Assembly (NCBI GenBank): GCA_951406725.2
Contig: OX597817.1
Coordinates: 96,286,001 to 96,350,000 of the forward strand
Direction of reading: 5' to 3'
DNA length: 64,000 nt
From: Octopus vulgaris
Lineage: Eukaryota
This document shows, one piece after another, positions 1 through 11,811 of this stretch. The notes under the pieces were generated by a model that did no database searches, was not told the DNA's origin, and worked only from the letters and a program-made list of their open reading frames with translations. Numbering within the stretch: position 1 is the first letter of the stretch; each line of letters begins with the position of its first letter. The translations under genes were made by a program, and so were the position numbers.

Positions 1-54
1 TATATATATATATATATATAAACATATATATACATACATATATACATATACATA

Positions 55-400
55 TCATCATCATCATCATCATCATTTAGCGTCCGTTTTCCATGCTAGC
101 ATGGGTTGGACGGTTCTGCTGGGGTCTGTGAAGCCAGAAGGCTTCATCAGGCCCAGTCAAATCTGGCAGTGTTTCTACGGCTGGATGCCCTTCCTAACGC
201 CAACCACTCCGTGAGTGTAGTGGGTGCTTTTTTACGTGCCACCCGCACTGGTGCCAGCCAGAGCTGGCAATCGATTTCGATTCTGATCCTCACTTGCCTC
301 AACAAGTCTTCACAAGTAGAGTTTTGTGTCCCAAGAAGGGAAGGTATGCATACGTAGGCTGGCTCCATCCCATGTAGAAGGCCACGGGTTGTGGACTCAC
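55..400 (-). mobile_element. RTE LINE 3' terminal fragment with (GAT)n tail
   Basis: (cat)n + tttagcgtccgttttccatgctagcatggg...ggatgcccttcctaacgccaacc, matching the 3' end of the RTE at 30720. Confidence 0.8.
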
Positions 401-595
401 TACATATATACATATATACATATATATACATATATATATATATACATATACAAATATATATACATATACATATACAAATATATATACATATACATGTATA
501 CATATATATATATATACATATGTATATATATATACATATATATACACATATACATATATACACAAATACATATATACACAAATATACATATATAT

Positions 596-679
<84 letters not shown>
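400..679. repeat. (TA/CA)n and (TG)n microsatellite
   Basis: Direct inspection. Confidence 0.95.
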
Positions 680-681
<2 letters not shown>

Positions 682-832
682 AGGCGCAGTGGCCCAGTGG
701 TTAGGCAGCGGACTCGTGGTCGGAGGATCACGGTTTCGATTCCCAGACCAGGCCTTGTACCTGCTGTACTCTTTCGCCACAACTTTCTCTCACTCTTCTG
801 TTGGCCTGCTCGCTTAGCCAGTCTGTTACGGT
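680..832 (+). mobile_element. tRNA-derived SINE (family 3)
   Basis: Pol III A box TGGCCCAGTGG and B box GGTTTCGATTCCC followed by a non-tRNA body. Confidence 0.65.
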
Positions 833-940
833 GATATATACATACACACACATATATATATATACACACATATATATATATACATATATATATACACACA
901 TATATATATATATATACATATACATATGTTTTTGCTTAAT

Positions 941-995
941 AAACACACACAATGCCCGGTCTGGGAATCGAAACAGCGATCCTCCGACCACGAGT
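941..995 (-). mobile_element. Partial head of the same SINE family, inverted
   Basis: Reverse complement matches 713-752 (ctcgtggtcggaggatc...tttcgattcccagacc). Confidence 0.65.
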
Positions 996-1319
996 TCCGA
1001 CCATGTTTGAATTCACAATGCCAGCGTTTTACAAGGTCATATGATGGGGCATCATCACCAGAAGTTACTTTTACTTCATTAAAAGTTTCCCGTGGTATGC
1101 GTCCTTTCAAATACAAAAACCTGATCACTGCTCGACACTCAACAGGCTCCATTTCACACTTGACTCAGTTCAAACACCTGTAAATCAGAAACCATAATTA
1201 GTTCAGAGCTGTAATTTGCCACTTAATCTATAGAGATATAAATAATTGCACATGCAAAATTTCAGCTAGATCAAACAACTGCAAGTGGGTCAGGGGCATT
1301 ACTTATTGAACGTCCCTCA
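992..1319 (-). mobile_element. Mariner 5' fragment (same family as 8987-10248)
   Basis: TIR and MEPVECRAVIRFLYLKG N-terminus near identical to the full copy; TA at 1320-1321. Confidence 0.9.
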
Positions 1320-1399
1320 TAGGTTTGTCCAACTACACAAGGTATGAAGGCCTGCTTCAATATATGTTACTCTGTTGGTACAAATTCCAACCTTAATAT

Positions 1400-1720
1400 A
1401 TACCTACACCAACTTTCTTCTTCATACATTGTGCAATTGTAATTTCTTATGCATTTAAAAACTATGAGCTATCAGACAACAGGTGTACTGTTTAATCGAA
1501 ATAATTTCAAAGCTAAATCAAAGACTACAATATTTACTCGATTTGTTGTATGCTAATGATTATAATCTTGTGGATCACTTAGAAAAAGATATTCAGAAAA
1601 TAATGAAATGCTTGTTTTTGGACTTACATTAAGCTCAAAGAGAACTAAGGTAATGTTTACACCAACTTCCAAAGAGACTTATGTAGAACCATGTATACTT
1701 GTTTAAGAGACTAGACTTGG
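1400..1720 (+). mobile_element. Old, decayed RTE-type RT fragment
   Basis: Piecewise translation LFNRNNFKAKSKT / LLYANDYNLVDHLEKDIQKIM / TKVM resembles the RTE YADD region. Confidence 0.45.
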
Positions 1721-2327
1721 CAGCTAGAGGATTCAGGTCACTGAAAACATTAGAATCTATAATTTTTGCATCATCACATTTCTGCCATACTCATTTGAGA
1801 CAGATCCCATAGTGATGACACATCAAAATATTTGACGGAATTCACCAGTAGTGTTTCGATCTTATATAGCAAATACTAAAAGGGATAACAATATTCTTAA
1901 GTATTTAATAAACCTGGAAAAATATAGGACAAGAAGTAAGCCTAAAATAAAATAAAAGAAAAAATATTTGAATGGGTTACCAATTAAATAAAATATTCAA
2001 ATAAGCCAAGCCATTCAATACTGATCAACTATCTTTCACCCACAAAGTAAGCCTAAAACAAAAGAGCTTAAAATATAAAATTCAATGAAAATAATCTGAT
2101 GTTTTATCATAAATTCACATGGTACCAAACAAAAATTGTTTTAAGATTTTTGAGAGATTCACATTTGTTTACTTATTAATACAATGTTAGATGATCTTTA
2201 TTTTCTTTCATTACGATTAACTGTATGACATTTGCATTTATTTGAGGGAAACTTAGACTTACCTAACAGTAAAATGAACTGACAAACAGTTAACTAGCTA
2301 AGAATTAAAATTTTAAAAGTGAAGTAA

Positions 2328-2722
2328 GGTGCAGGAGTGGCTGTGTGGTAAATAGCTTGCTTACCAACCACATGGTTTCAGGTTCAGTCCCACTGCATGG
2401 CACCTTGGGCAAGTGTCTTCTACTATAGCCTCAGGGCAACCAAAGACTTGTGAGTGGATTTGGTAGACGGAAACTGAATGGAATCCATCGTGTGTGTGTA
2501 TATATATATATATATATGTATGTGTGTCTGTCTGTCCCCCCACCATCACTTGACAACTGATGTTGGTAAGTTTACATCTCCATAACTTAGCAGTTCGGCA
2601 AAAGAGACTGATAGAATAAGTACTAGGTTTACAAAGAATAAGTCCTGGGACTGATTTGTTCAACTAAAGGTGGTGTTCCAGTATGACTGCAGTAAAATGA
2701 CTGAAACAAATAAAAGAATAAG
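2328..2722 (+). mobile_element. Full-length tRNA-derived SINE (family 1) with internal microsatellite and CR1-like 3' tail
   Basis: A box TGGCTGTGTGG, B box GGTTCAGTCCC, CORE-like accttgggcaagt, tail ...gactgaaacaaataaaagaa. Confidence 0.85.
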
Positions 2723-2789
2723 ATAATTTTGCCAAAAAATAAAACAAAGAAAACATCTGATTACTTAAATAGGCTTAAATTTTATTATA

Positions 2790-4782
2790 GGCGCAGGAGT
2801 AACCAACCACATGGTTCCAGGTTCAGTCCCATTGCGTGGTATCTTGGGCAAGTGTCTTCTACTATAACTTTGGGCCGACCAAAGCCTTGTGAGTGGATTT
2901 GCTTGACAGAAACTGAAAGAAGCCTGACGTATATCATCATCATCATCATCATCGTTTAACGTCCGCCTTCCATGCTAGCATAGGTTGGACGATTTTGACT
3001 GAGGGCTGGCGAACCAGATGGTTGCACCAGGCTCCAATCTTTATTTGGCAGAGTTTCTACAGCTGGATGCCCTTCCTAATGCCAACCACTCCAAGAGTGT
3101 AGTGGGTGCTTTTTACGTGCCACCGGCACAGGGGCCAGTTATGCGGTACTGGCAACGACCTCACTCGAATCCTTTTACACATGCCACCAGCACAGGTGCC
3201 AGTAAGGCGACTTTGGTAATGATCACGCTCGAATGTTGCCCTTTTATATGCCACTGGCACGGAAGCCAGTTGGCTGCTCTGGCAGGGGCCAGTCAGGTGG
3301 TACTGGCAATGACCTCACTCGAATCCTTTTTACACATGCCACCAGCACAGGTGCCAGTAAGGTGACTTTGGTAACGATCACGCTCGAATGGTGCCCTTTT
3401 ACGTGCCACTGACACGGAAGCCAGTTGGCTGCTCTGGCAACGATCACACTCAGTTGGTGCTCTTGGCACCCTACTAGCACGAGCACAAGTGCCAGTAAGG
3501 CAACACTGGTAACGATCACGCTCGAATGGTGCCCTTTAAGTGCCACAGGCACAGAAGCTGGTTAACTGCGCTGTCAATGATCATGCTCGTATGGTGCTCT
3601 TTGCACCTTGCCAGCATGGACGCCAGTCATCAAATTTGATTTTGCTTTGATTGATTTGATTTCACTTGCCTCAACAGGTCTTCCCAAGCAGAGTTTTAGT
3701 GACCAAAGAAGGAAAAGGTTATGCATATTTCCAAAGGTCTCGGTCACCAGTCATTACTTTGGTGAGGCCTAAAGTTCGAAGGTCATGCTTCACCACTTCA
3801 TCCCAGGTCTTCCTGGGTCTACTTCTTCCACAGGTTACCTCAACTGCTAGGGTGTGGAACTTTTTCACACAGCTGTCCTCATCCATTCTCGCCACATGAC
3901 CATACCAGCGCAGTCGTCTCTCTTGCACACCACATCTGATGCTTCGTAAGTCCAACTTTTCTCTCAAGGTACTTACTCAGTTGAGTATGAACACTGACAT
4001 TACACATCCATCGGATCATACTGGCTTCATTCCTTGTGAGCTTACGCATGTCCTCAGCAGTCACAGCCCATGTTTCACTGCCATGTAACATGGCTGTTCA
4101 TACACAAGCGTTATACAGTCTACCTTTTACTCTAAGCGAGAGGCCCTTTGTCACCAGCAGAGGTAAGAGCCCAAGCTATTCTTATTCTAGCAGCTACACT
4201 TTCAGCGCACCCACCTCCACTACTGACTTGGTCCCCTAGGTAACGGAAGCTATCTACTACTTTTAGCTTTTCTCCCTGGAATGAGGCGGAAGTTGGTCTC
4301 TGAGCATTTTCAGTGTTTATTGCTTCCGAGCATCTGCCACATACAAAAACTTTCTTCCCAGTTAGCCTCCCTTTGATATGACTGCACCTCTTATGTGTCC
4401 ATAGCTTACACTGGGTACATCTTATAGAGTTTTTACCTACGCCTCTACTACAGATTGAGCAGGGCCATCTACCTGAAGGGATTTGTGGTTTGCCTGCCTT
4501 CCTACATATTAGGACTTTGGGTTTAGCTAGGTTGATTCTAAGGCCCTTCGATTCTAATCCTTGTCTCCACACTTGAAACTTTGCCTATGTTTGTGTGTAT
4601 GTCCCCCAACATTGCTTGACATCGATGCTGGTGTGTTTATGTCCCCGTAACTTAACGGTTTGGCGTAAGAGACCAATAGAATAAGTACTAGGCTTACAAA
4701 GAATAAGTATTGGGGTCGATTTGCTCGACTAATGGCAGTGCTCCAGTCAAAATGACTGAAACGAATAAAAGAATAAAAGAAA
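2790..4782 (+). mobile_element. SINE family 1 copy split by an RTE insertion (2790-2933 and 4582-4782)
   Basis: The two halves align colinearly to 2328-2722. Confidence 0.8.
2934..4581 (-). mobile_element. 5'-truncated RTE LINE (RT C-terminus, PHD finger, repeat-rich 3' UTR)
   Basis: Frameshifted ORFs 4132-4572, 3879-4091 and 3719-3967 match the 32674-34401 protein; (cat)n tail. Confidence 0.92.
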
Positions 4783-5642
4783 TAGTCAAACATTTAATTT
4801 ATTTACTTGCTTTACATTTGTAAAACATTTTAGTAAGTAAAAAAATGTTACAAAATATTATGGCAGTTATCACTTTATTTTCATATATTAATTTAAAATT
4901 TATTTACAGTGAAGCTCAGCAATAGTGAAATAATTTGGGTGAAAGATGGTTGATCCTTATTGAATGGCTTGATTTATTTGAATATTTTATTTAATTGGTA
5001 ACCCATTCAAATTTTATTTCAGCTGCAATATTTTAAGCTCTTTTATTTTAGGCTTACTTTTTGTCCTGTATTTTTTCAGGTTTATTAAATACTTAAGAAT
5101 ATTTTTATCTCTTGCTCACATTTTTCATTGTAGTCCACTTTTTTTTCAAGTGATGCAGAAAAATTAATAATTTTTATTCTAATAATAAATTTAGCTTACT
5201 TTTTCATTTTCTTTCATTTCTTATTGATCAATTGATGCCTATTCATTTTTGTTAGAAATTCTTAGGAATATTTTTTTTAAAAAAGAGAGCAATAATAAAA
5301 AAAATATAAAGCACAAACTATGAGCTGAGGAATCAAATGAATTAGGAGAGAAGGTCAAATAAAAAAAAAACAATTATAGACTGGATTTTCTGTTTGCCTG
5401 TATTGACAAGTTGCCATTTAAGTATCTTTGTAATTACAAGGCATATATTTACAACTGGCAATTATTGAAAGCTGCATAACTTTTTTTCTCTTTAATATAT
5501 TTTTATGGGGTTAAAAAGAAAAGATACATCCAGTGGAGAGCTTTCATTTGAACACAAAGTATAGTATGCTTTTCAAATAGCTGAGATAATTTGAGTTAAA
5601 GTCAATCTTATGGTTACTTAAAGCAGCATAATTAAACTCACA

Positions 5643-7031
5643 ATGTGTTCAATAGTAGTATTTATAGTTTGCCCACAGTAAAAAGTGCATCAACAAAATC
5701 ATACCTGTTTCTTTATTACCCACAAGGGGCTAAACATAGAGGGGACAAACGGATTAAGTCAATTACATCAACCCCAGTGCATAACTGGTACTTAATTTAT
5801 CGACCCCGAAAGGATGAAAGGGAAAGTCAACCTCGGCGGAATTTGAACTCAGAACATAGCGACGGGCGAAATACTCGCCGCCTTCAACAAAATCATACCA
5901 CCTATGCTTTAAGCAGTCACGTGACCACAAAGAATTGTCTTTTTCATCTTCGCTTGCAAAACCAGAGAGCAATGTTCAAATTTTTTATACAGCAATCCTT
6001 TTATGCACTGTATCTCATCCTATTGATTTTTTTTTTTTTAAAGATATTTGCCTTTACTTCATTAATTTTCTGGGTCTCTATTTTTTCTGTAAGATATTTG
6101 CCTTTAGTTAATTAATTATGGTCTTTTTTTTTTTTTTCCCCCGCTTTTTGAAACATGTTCACCTTTAGTTTTCCGCTGAAATTTATTTTCTGACAGTTGG
6201 CTGTTGTCACTGTTCAGTGAGAACACTTGCTCTTTCAGTTACTTATTTTATTTCATTAAAAGATCTATTTTCTGGTTCAAGTTTTTTCCTACCACATTCC
6301 TGCAACTGCTGTGTATACTTTTCTTTGACTTCATGGTAAGATTTGGTCTCCTCTATAAAGTTTTGACTCAACACTTCTTTTATCTTGCAGACATCTTTCT
6401 GTATTGACTTCTCTTTCAGAACATTCCATTTCTTTACACTGCGCAGGCACCATCCTCTGAGCCAGTTGCTCAAATGGGCAATGATCTCCAGTGTCAGTAT
6501 GGTGCTTCTCACTACAATGGACAGTAGTTCTAATTTCGGTGGGATCACTGTCATCTATAACGCTTTCACTTCACCACCAGCAATAGTCTGCTTTATCACC
6601 ATCACATCAAACTGACTTCTAATCATTCTCCTCACAGCAAAGACACCACTATTCACATTAACCACTGGCATTCACCCTCGCCATACATATCCCACTTCTG
6701 ACACAAATTACTGTGTTAACTGTTCAACATGAACTGCTGGACCTCGACCACTTTGCATCAACCTTGAACCAATTATTCACATAAACTACTCACATTGACT
6801 TCCAGGAGACTCTAAACCAACCTCTTCACATGTCAATGTTGCACATCAGCTGCCGTCACTCAGCTCCCAGCACAAGACTAAACTCGCCATGTGTTCAATA
6901 GTTAAATTTATAGTTTGCACACACACTAAAAGGTGTGGCACAATCATACCACCTACACTTTAAACAATCACGGGATCACAAAGAATTATTTTTTTGTCTT
7001 CGCTTGCAAAACCAGAGTGATGTTCAAATTT
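5643..7031. repeat. Dispersed direct repeat of about 145 bp (5643-5985, interrupted by the SINE, and 6889-7031)
   Basis: atgtgttcaatagt...tttatagtttgc...cacaaagaatt...tcttcgcttgcaaaaccagag...atgttcaaattt occurs twice. Confidence 0.75.
5706..5883 (-). mobile_element. SINE family 2, internally deleted, with 16-bp TSD
   Basis: TSD tcaacaaaatcatacc at 5690-5705 and 5884-5899; B box GAGTTCAAATTCC; matches 42506-42734. Confidence 0.88.
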
Positions 7032-7409
7032 GCATTGTATGAACAAGAAACTATCTAAACAGAATTTTTAGTTTGTAACAATAAAGAAAAAAGTAGCTAA
7101 TAATAATGTTAAGAGAATGAAAATATATTTTTTAGAGCAATAAGAGCATTGTAGTTTGTTTGAACATTATGATACCGGAGAATGTCAAAGGAGAGAAAAT
7201 AGCTTCTAAAAGTGCAGTAAATTCAACAAAACCTTTATATTTCAGGTGCAAGGGGCCCATCTTTGTAAGAAAAACAGTCTGGGGAATGTTCAGTTATGCA
7301 GGGTTCATTAACCCATTCAAATCCCTGGCGTTTTCGTAGCAGTAGTAGTCAATTGTTGCAGCAGTCACTCCCCAAATGTAGGTGTAAACAAACCAAATGA
7401 AAATCAAAT

Positions 7410-8360
7410 TATCACTTTTTTTTTTATCACTTAAAGCAGCATAACTGTTTTTCTATCAAATATCTTCTAAAGAGATTTTCACCAAAAGATTCTACTCATT
7501 GAGTTCTTTTAAAAGGGTATAATTAAGGGATAGTTTGCTTTTGAAATACCTGAGACATTTTGACTCAAACTCTATTTTTAGCCACTACTTATCAACTTTT
7601 TAGCTACTTCAAGCTGCATAACTTTTTCTATCAAATATCTTTTAACAAGGTCTTCACCAAAAGATTCGATTTGTTGAGTTCTTTTAAATAGCCATAATTA
7701 AAGTATAATTTTTCTTTTAAATAACTGAGAAATTACGAATCAAAGTAAATATTTGGCATTACTCTCCATTTTTGACCCTACATTTTTTGTCATAACTTTT
7801 TTTCTACTGAATCAAATTTCGATTATTTTATGTCAAAATGTAGCTAATCACTGGTCCATCATAGCACAAAAATTAAATTAAGATTGAGCTAAAACTGAAT
7901 TAGTGGTAAAGTATTAAATTGACTGCAAGTGAGTAAAAGTTTGAAACAGCAAATTATAACTTTTTCCATCACTTAAAGCTGCATAACATTTTTTCTACCA
8001 ATATCTTTCCATCAAGTTCTTTGTTACCAATTTTTTGGCTACTTAAAGCTGCATAACTTTTTTCTATCTACTATCTTTTAAAGAGGTTTTCACCAAATGA
8101 TTCTACTTATTGAGTTCTTTTAAAAGGGTATAATTAAGGTATAGTTTTTCTTTTAAATAACTGAGAAATTACGAGTCAATATCATGCATTATTCTTCCAT
8201 TTTGGCCCTACATTTTTTTATAACTGTTTCTCTACTAAACCAAATTTTGATTATTTTATGTCAAAATGTAGCTTACCACTGGTTCATCATAGTACAAAAC
8301 ACCGAATTAAGATAGAGCTAAAACAGAATTAGTGGTAAAGCATCAAATTGGCTGTGAGTA
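7410..8360. repeat. Degenerate tandem subrepeats (about 180-bp and larger units), probably the interior of a non-autonomous DNA transposon; related unit at 5470-5640
   Basis: Recurring gc(t/a)gcataact...ttttcaccaaa...ttgagttcttttaaa...tataattaa...ctgaga. Confidence 0.6.
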
Positions 8361-8374
8361 AGAGTTGACCATAA

Positions 8375-8600
8375 CCCATTAAGTCCCACTGTTCTATAAA
8401 TAGGACACTAAATAAAAACATTAAACAAGCTATATCACATTGTCTCAGTATCCTATTTATAAGACACTGAGTATTTCCATTTCTACTTGAAGTAAAGGAG
8501 TTTTAATAATTTTTTTTTTTTTCATTTTAACTTATTTTCAATCATCTGTAAAAATTTAAAAGTAATATTCTGAAATTTAAATACACTGGGACTTAATGGG
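8375..8600. mobile_element. piggyBac-type MITE
   Basis: 14-bp perfect TIR cccattaagtccca / tgggacttaatggg; flanks ATAA and TTAA (one decayed TTAA TSD). Confidence 0.85.
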
Positions 8601-8986
8601 TTAAAAATATTATTCACACGCTGTTGTGTGAATGATTAATTAGAAATCTTTTACACCTGACAAAAAGTTCTGGAAAAGTTAAGGTCATCAGTTTGGAAGT
8701 TCATCTTCTCAAGTACCAAATGTAATGGATAGATAAAACTTCTGAAATGATTACTTTATAAAAAAAATTAGTTCTCTCCAGTACAAAAAAACAAAAATTT
8801 CATGACATCACAAAAAATAAATCTTTGAACAATAGCAAGCACGTTGGGAACAACTTGCACTGAACAGAAATAAATGACAATTGATAACTAGGGAGTTTCA
8901 GATAATACTAAAGCATAATGCCTGAAAACTGCAAGAAATTTAAGTATTTTATGGTAAAAGTTCCAAAGATAATCTTGCTTGCTTTA

Positions 8987-10248
8987 CGAGGGACGTTCAA
9001 TAAGTAATGCCCCTGAACCACTTGCAGTTGTTTGATCTAGCTGAAATTTTGCATATGCAATTATATATATCTCTATAGATTAAGTGGCAAATTACAGCTC
9101 TGAACTAATTGTGGTTTCTGATTTACAGGTGTTTGAACTGAGTCAAATGTGAAATGGAGCCTGTTGAGTGTCGAGCAGTGATCAGGTTTTTGTATTTGAA
9201 AGGATGCATACCACGGGAAACTTTTGATGAAGTAAAAGTAACTTATGGTGATGATGCCCCATCATATGACCTTGTAAAACGCTGGCATTGTGAATTCAAA
9301 CATGGTCGGAACTCTGTGGAAACGGCTCCCAGATCTGGTCGCCTCACCATCTGCCATTGATGAGGCATCTGTCCGTCAAGTTGAGGCTGCCATTTTGGAA
9401 GATCGACGCATAACTATTCGCCAAATAGCCCATGAGGTCAAGATTAGTACCGGGTCTGTGGAAGCTATCATTCATGACCATATGCATATGCCAGATGGAT
9501 TCCTAGGTTGCTCACAGAAGCAAGAACACGTCGAGTGCTCGAGGATGAATTTGGAGATGTGCCAAGAAGATGAGTCAAAATTTTTCAAAAGACTGATTAC
9601 ACAGGATGAAACCTGGGTCTATCACTATGATCCAGAGACCAAAGCCCAGTCAATGCACCGTGACTCACCTCCTCCAAAGAAGGCAAGGGTGCAGCCCTCT
9701 GCTGGCAAGGTCAAGCTCAGTCTTCTGGGACCAGGACGGAGTAGTGATGACAGATTTCCTGGCAAAGGGTACCACAATCGCAGGAGCCTATTATGCTTCA
9801 CTTTTGAGGAAATTAAGAGAAGCTATCAAAATCAAGAGGCGGGGCAAGATCAGCAAAGGCATCATCCTCCTGCAGGATAACGCTCCAGTCCACATCTCGC
9901 GTGTCGCCAGATCAGAAGCACAGTCGTGTGGCTATGAACTCCTCCCCCATCCCCCCTACTCTCCTGACCTTGCACCATCTGATTTTCACCTCTTCCCAGC
10001 CATGAAGTTGTTTTTGAAAGGAAAGCATTTCCCAGATGATGCAGCCTTGATTTCTGAAGACACATTGTGGTTGGAGGACCAAGCTGGGGTCTTCTACAAA
10101 AACGGTCTCCAGAGCTGCATCAAACAATGGGAGAAATGTGTAACTCTGGGTGGTTCCTATGTAGAAAAAGACTAATAACTGTGCCAAGTTTCGTTGCTCT
10201 ACTGCTATGGGAAGTGGGTCAGGGGCATTACTTATTGAACGCCCCTCG
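8987..10248 (+). mobile_element. Full-length mariner (DD34D), transposase frameshifted
   Basis: About 35-bp TIRs, TA on both sides; DETW, QDNAPVH and HPPYSPDLAPSD with 34 residues between the last two Asp; ORF broken over three frames (9154-10175). Confidence 0.95.
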
Positions 10249-10929
10249 TACATTTTCAAAAACCAAACTTATCATCCATGAAAGATTACATATCGGGAGA
10301 CCAACTTAGGATGCTCACATGCATACATTTGTCAAAAAGCTATAAAACAAAACTAGGGCATCTACAGGCCCATGTTAGAAATACTGTCAAATCTGTTACA
10401 GGCATATGACTGCAATGAGAAAGTCATGTTTTAAACTGAGTTGACAACCACAAGACAGACAACAAACTTATCCTACAGTCATATTAATTTCTCTCTTACT
10501 TAGAAGTAACAGAACTTTGCGATTCTATTTCTATGGACATAATTATCTAATTTCACGCTTTACAAGTACATGGGTTTTCCCATGTCTGGTATCTGGTTTA
10601 TTTGGGCAATTCTTGTGGTATGTCAAAGAAATTTCTAACCAGGGAAGCAAGGAACATAGTGAGATATCTCTCATGACACTTTAACAGTGCAGTGTAGCTG
10701 ATTTTCAAAGAATAATCAATCCGTTACTTGCTTAATAGTTTATATATTGACACTTCTGTACAAAAGGGTAGAAAATAAATTTGGCCTCTGCAGGATTTGA
10801 ACTTAAAATGCTAAGAGCAAAAACAATTACTGCCCTTTGTCTGATGCTCTAACGATTCAACCAATCAATTAACTTAATTATCTTGCCATATAGAGGAATA
10901 TATAAACTCATACATTCACAAATATATAT

Positions 10930-10935
10930 TTTATT
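10930..10935 (-). promoter_or_regulatory. Candidate polyadenylation signal of RNF113A
   Basis: AATAAA on the minus strand 12 nt after the stop codon; AT-rich context makes a chance match possible. Confidence 0.4.
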
Positions 10936-10947
10936 TCAATTTTTTTT

Positions 10948-11030
10948 TTATTTCTTTTCTTCATTGAGTTCCTCATCACTTTCTTCTGAACTTTCAATTT
11001 TTTTCTGTTTATTTAGTTTAGAAATCAATT
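10948..11030 (-). CDS. RNF113A: RNF113A terminal coding exon
   Basis: Poly-T tract + cag acceptor; in frame gives (E)LISKLNKQKKIESSEESDEELNEEKK*, continuing the conserved FNPAKELIxKL motif with an acidic tail. Confidence 0.85.
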
Positions 11031-11811
11031 CTGAAAAAAAAAGAGAATATAAAATTTTATAAATAAATGTTTATGTATACAGATATGTAAATATGCAAAT
11101 GTTTGTGTGTGTGTTTTCCTATGTCATGCCCTTATGAACTACTACTGAACTGTCAAGGGATTACTTCTGAAAGATTCTTCTAAAGTCATCACATCTCAAA
11201 ATGCCAAGAATTTCTTTTTAATTCCAGAAGAGATTGCAAAGAACTGCACTTACAAAAAAGTAATGAAAAAAACATACTAAATGAAATTACAAACACACAT
11301 ATACACACACACACACACAAACATATATATATATATTATATATACTAGCATTATGACCCGTCGTTGCCAGGTCATAGTGCTAGTGCATGTATATATGTGT
11401 ATATATATGTGTACATATTACATGTACATCTATATATATATATACATCTACACATAAAATACAAAATACAAAGTTATATCTTGATATCGCGAGTGATAAC
11501 AATACTCAAAATATATAACAGACTGGAATTGTAAGCCCGTCTCTTACAATTTCGATCGATTGTATCTTGTCCTCCCTCTTGTATCCAGCCTACCTCAACT
11601 TCTGGAGAGGGGGGGGGACATTTTTAATTTTTATCCGGCACGTCCTACGTCCCAGATATAAAGGTAAAAATAAAATATTTCCACTTTGCAAGTTCGAGTT
11701 GAGTACTCCCTTGCACGCTCCGTTGACTCGAACCTTGCTTCTATTGTGGCAAATTTACCCCTCTTTCATAGTCGCACCAAGACACTTTTCGATGGTGCTT
11801 TCCTCCAGGTG

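Larger units (their letters stand above)
1880..5113. mobile_element. Unclassified element with long inverted arms (about 1880-2045 and 4933-5113), interrupted by SINE and RTE insertions
   Basis: aatattcttaagtatttaataaacctg and ttgaatgggttaccaattaaataaaatattcaaataa recur as reverse complements at 5078-5104 and 4974-5010. Confidence 0.6.

Noticed and set aside
680-755. tRNA gene
   Set aside because: A and B boxes are present, but I could not fold a convincing cloverleaf; it runs into a SINE body and a second partial copy lies nearby
7235-7390. Exon of a second host gene after tttcag
   Set aside because: No recognisable protein and no partner exons
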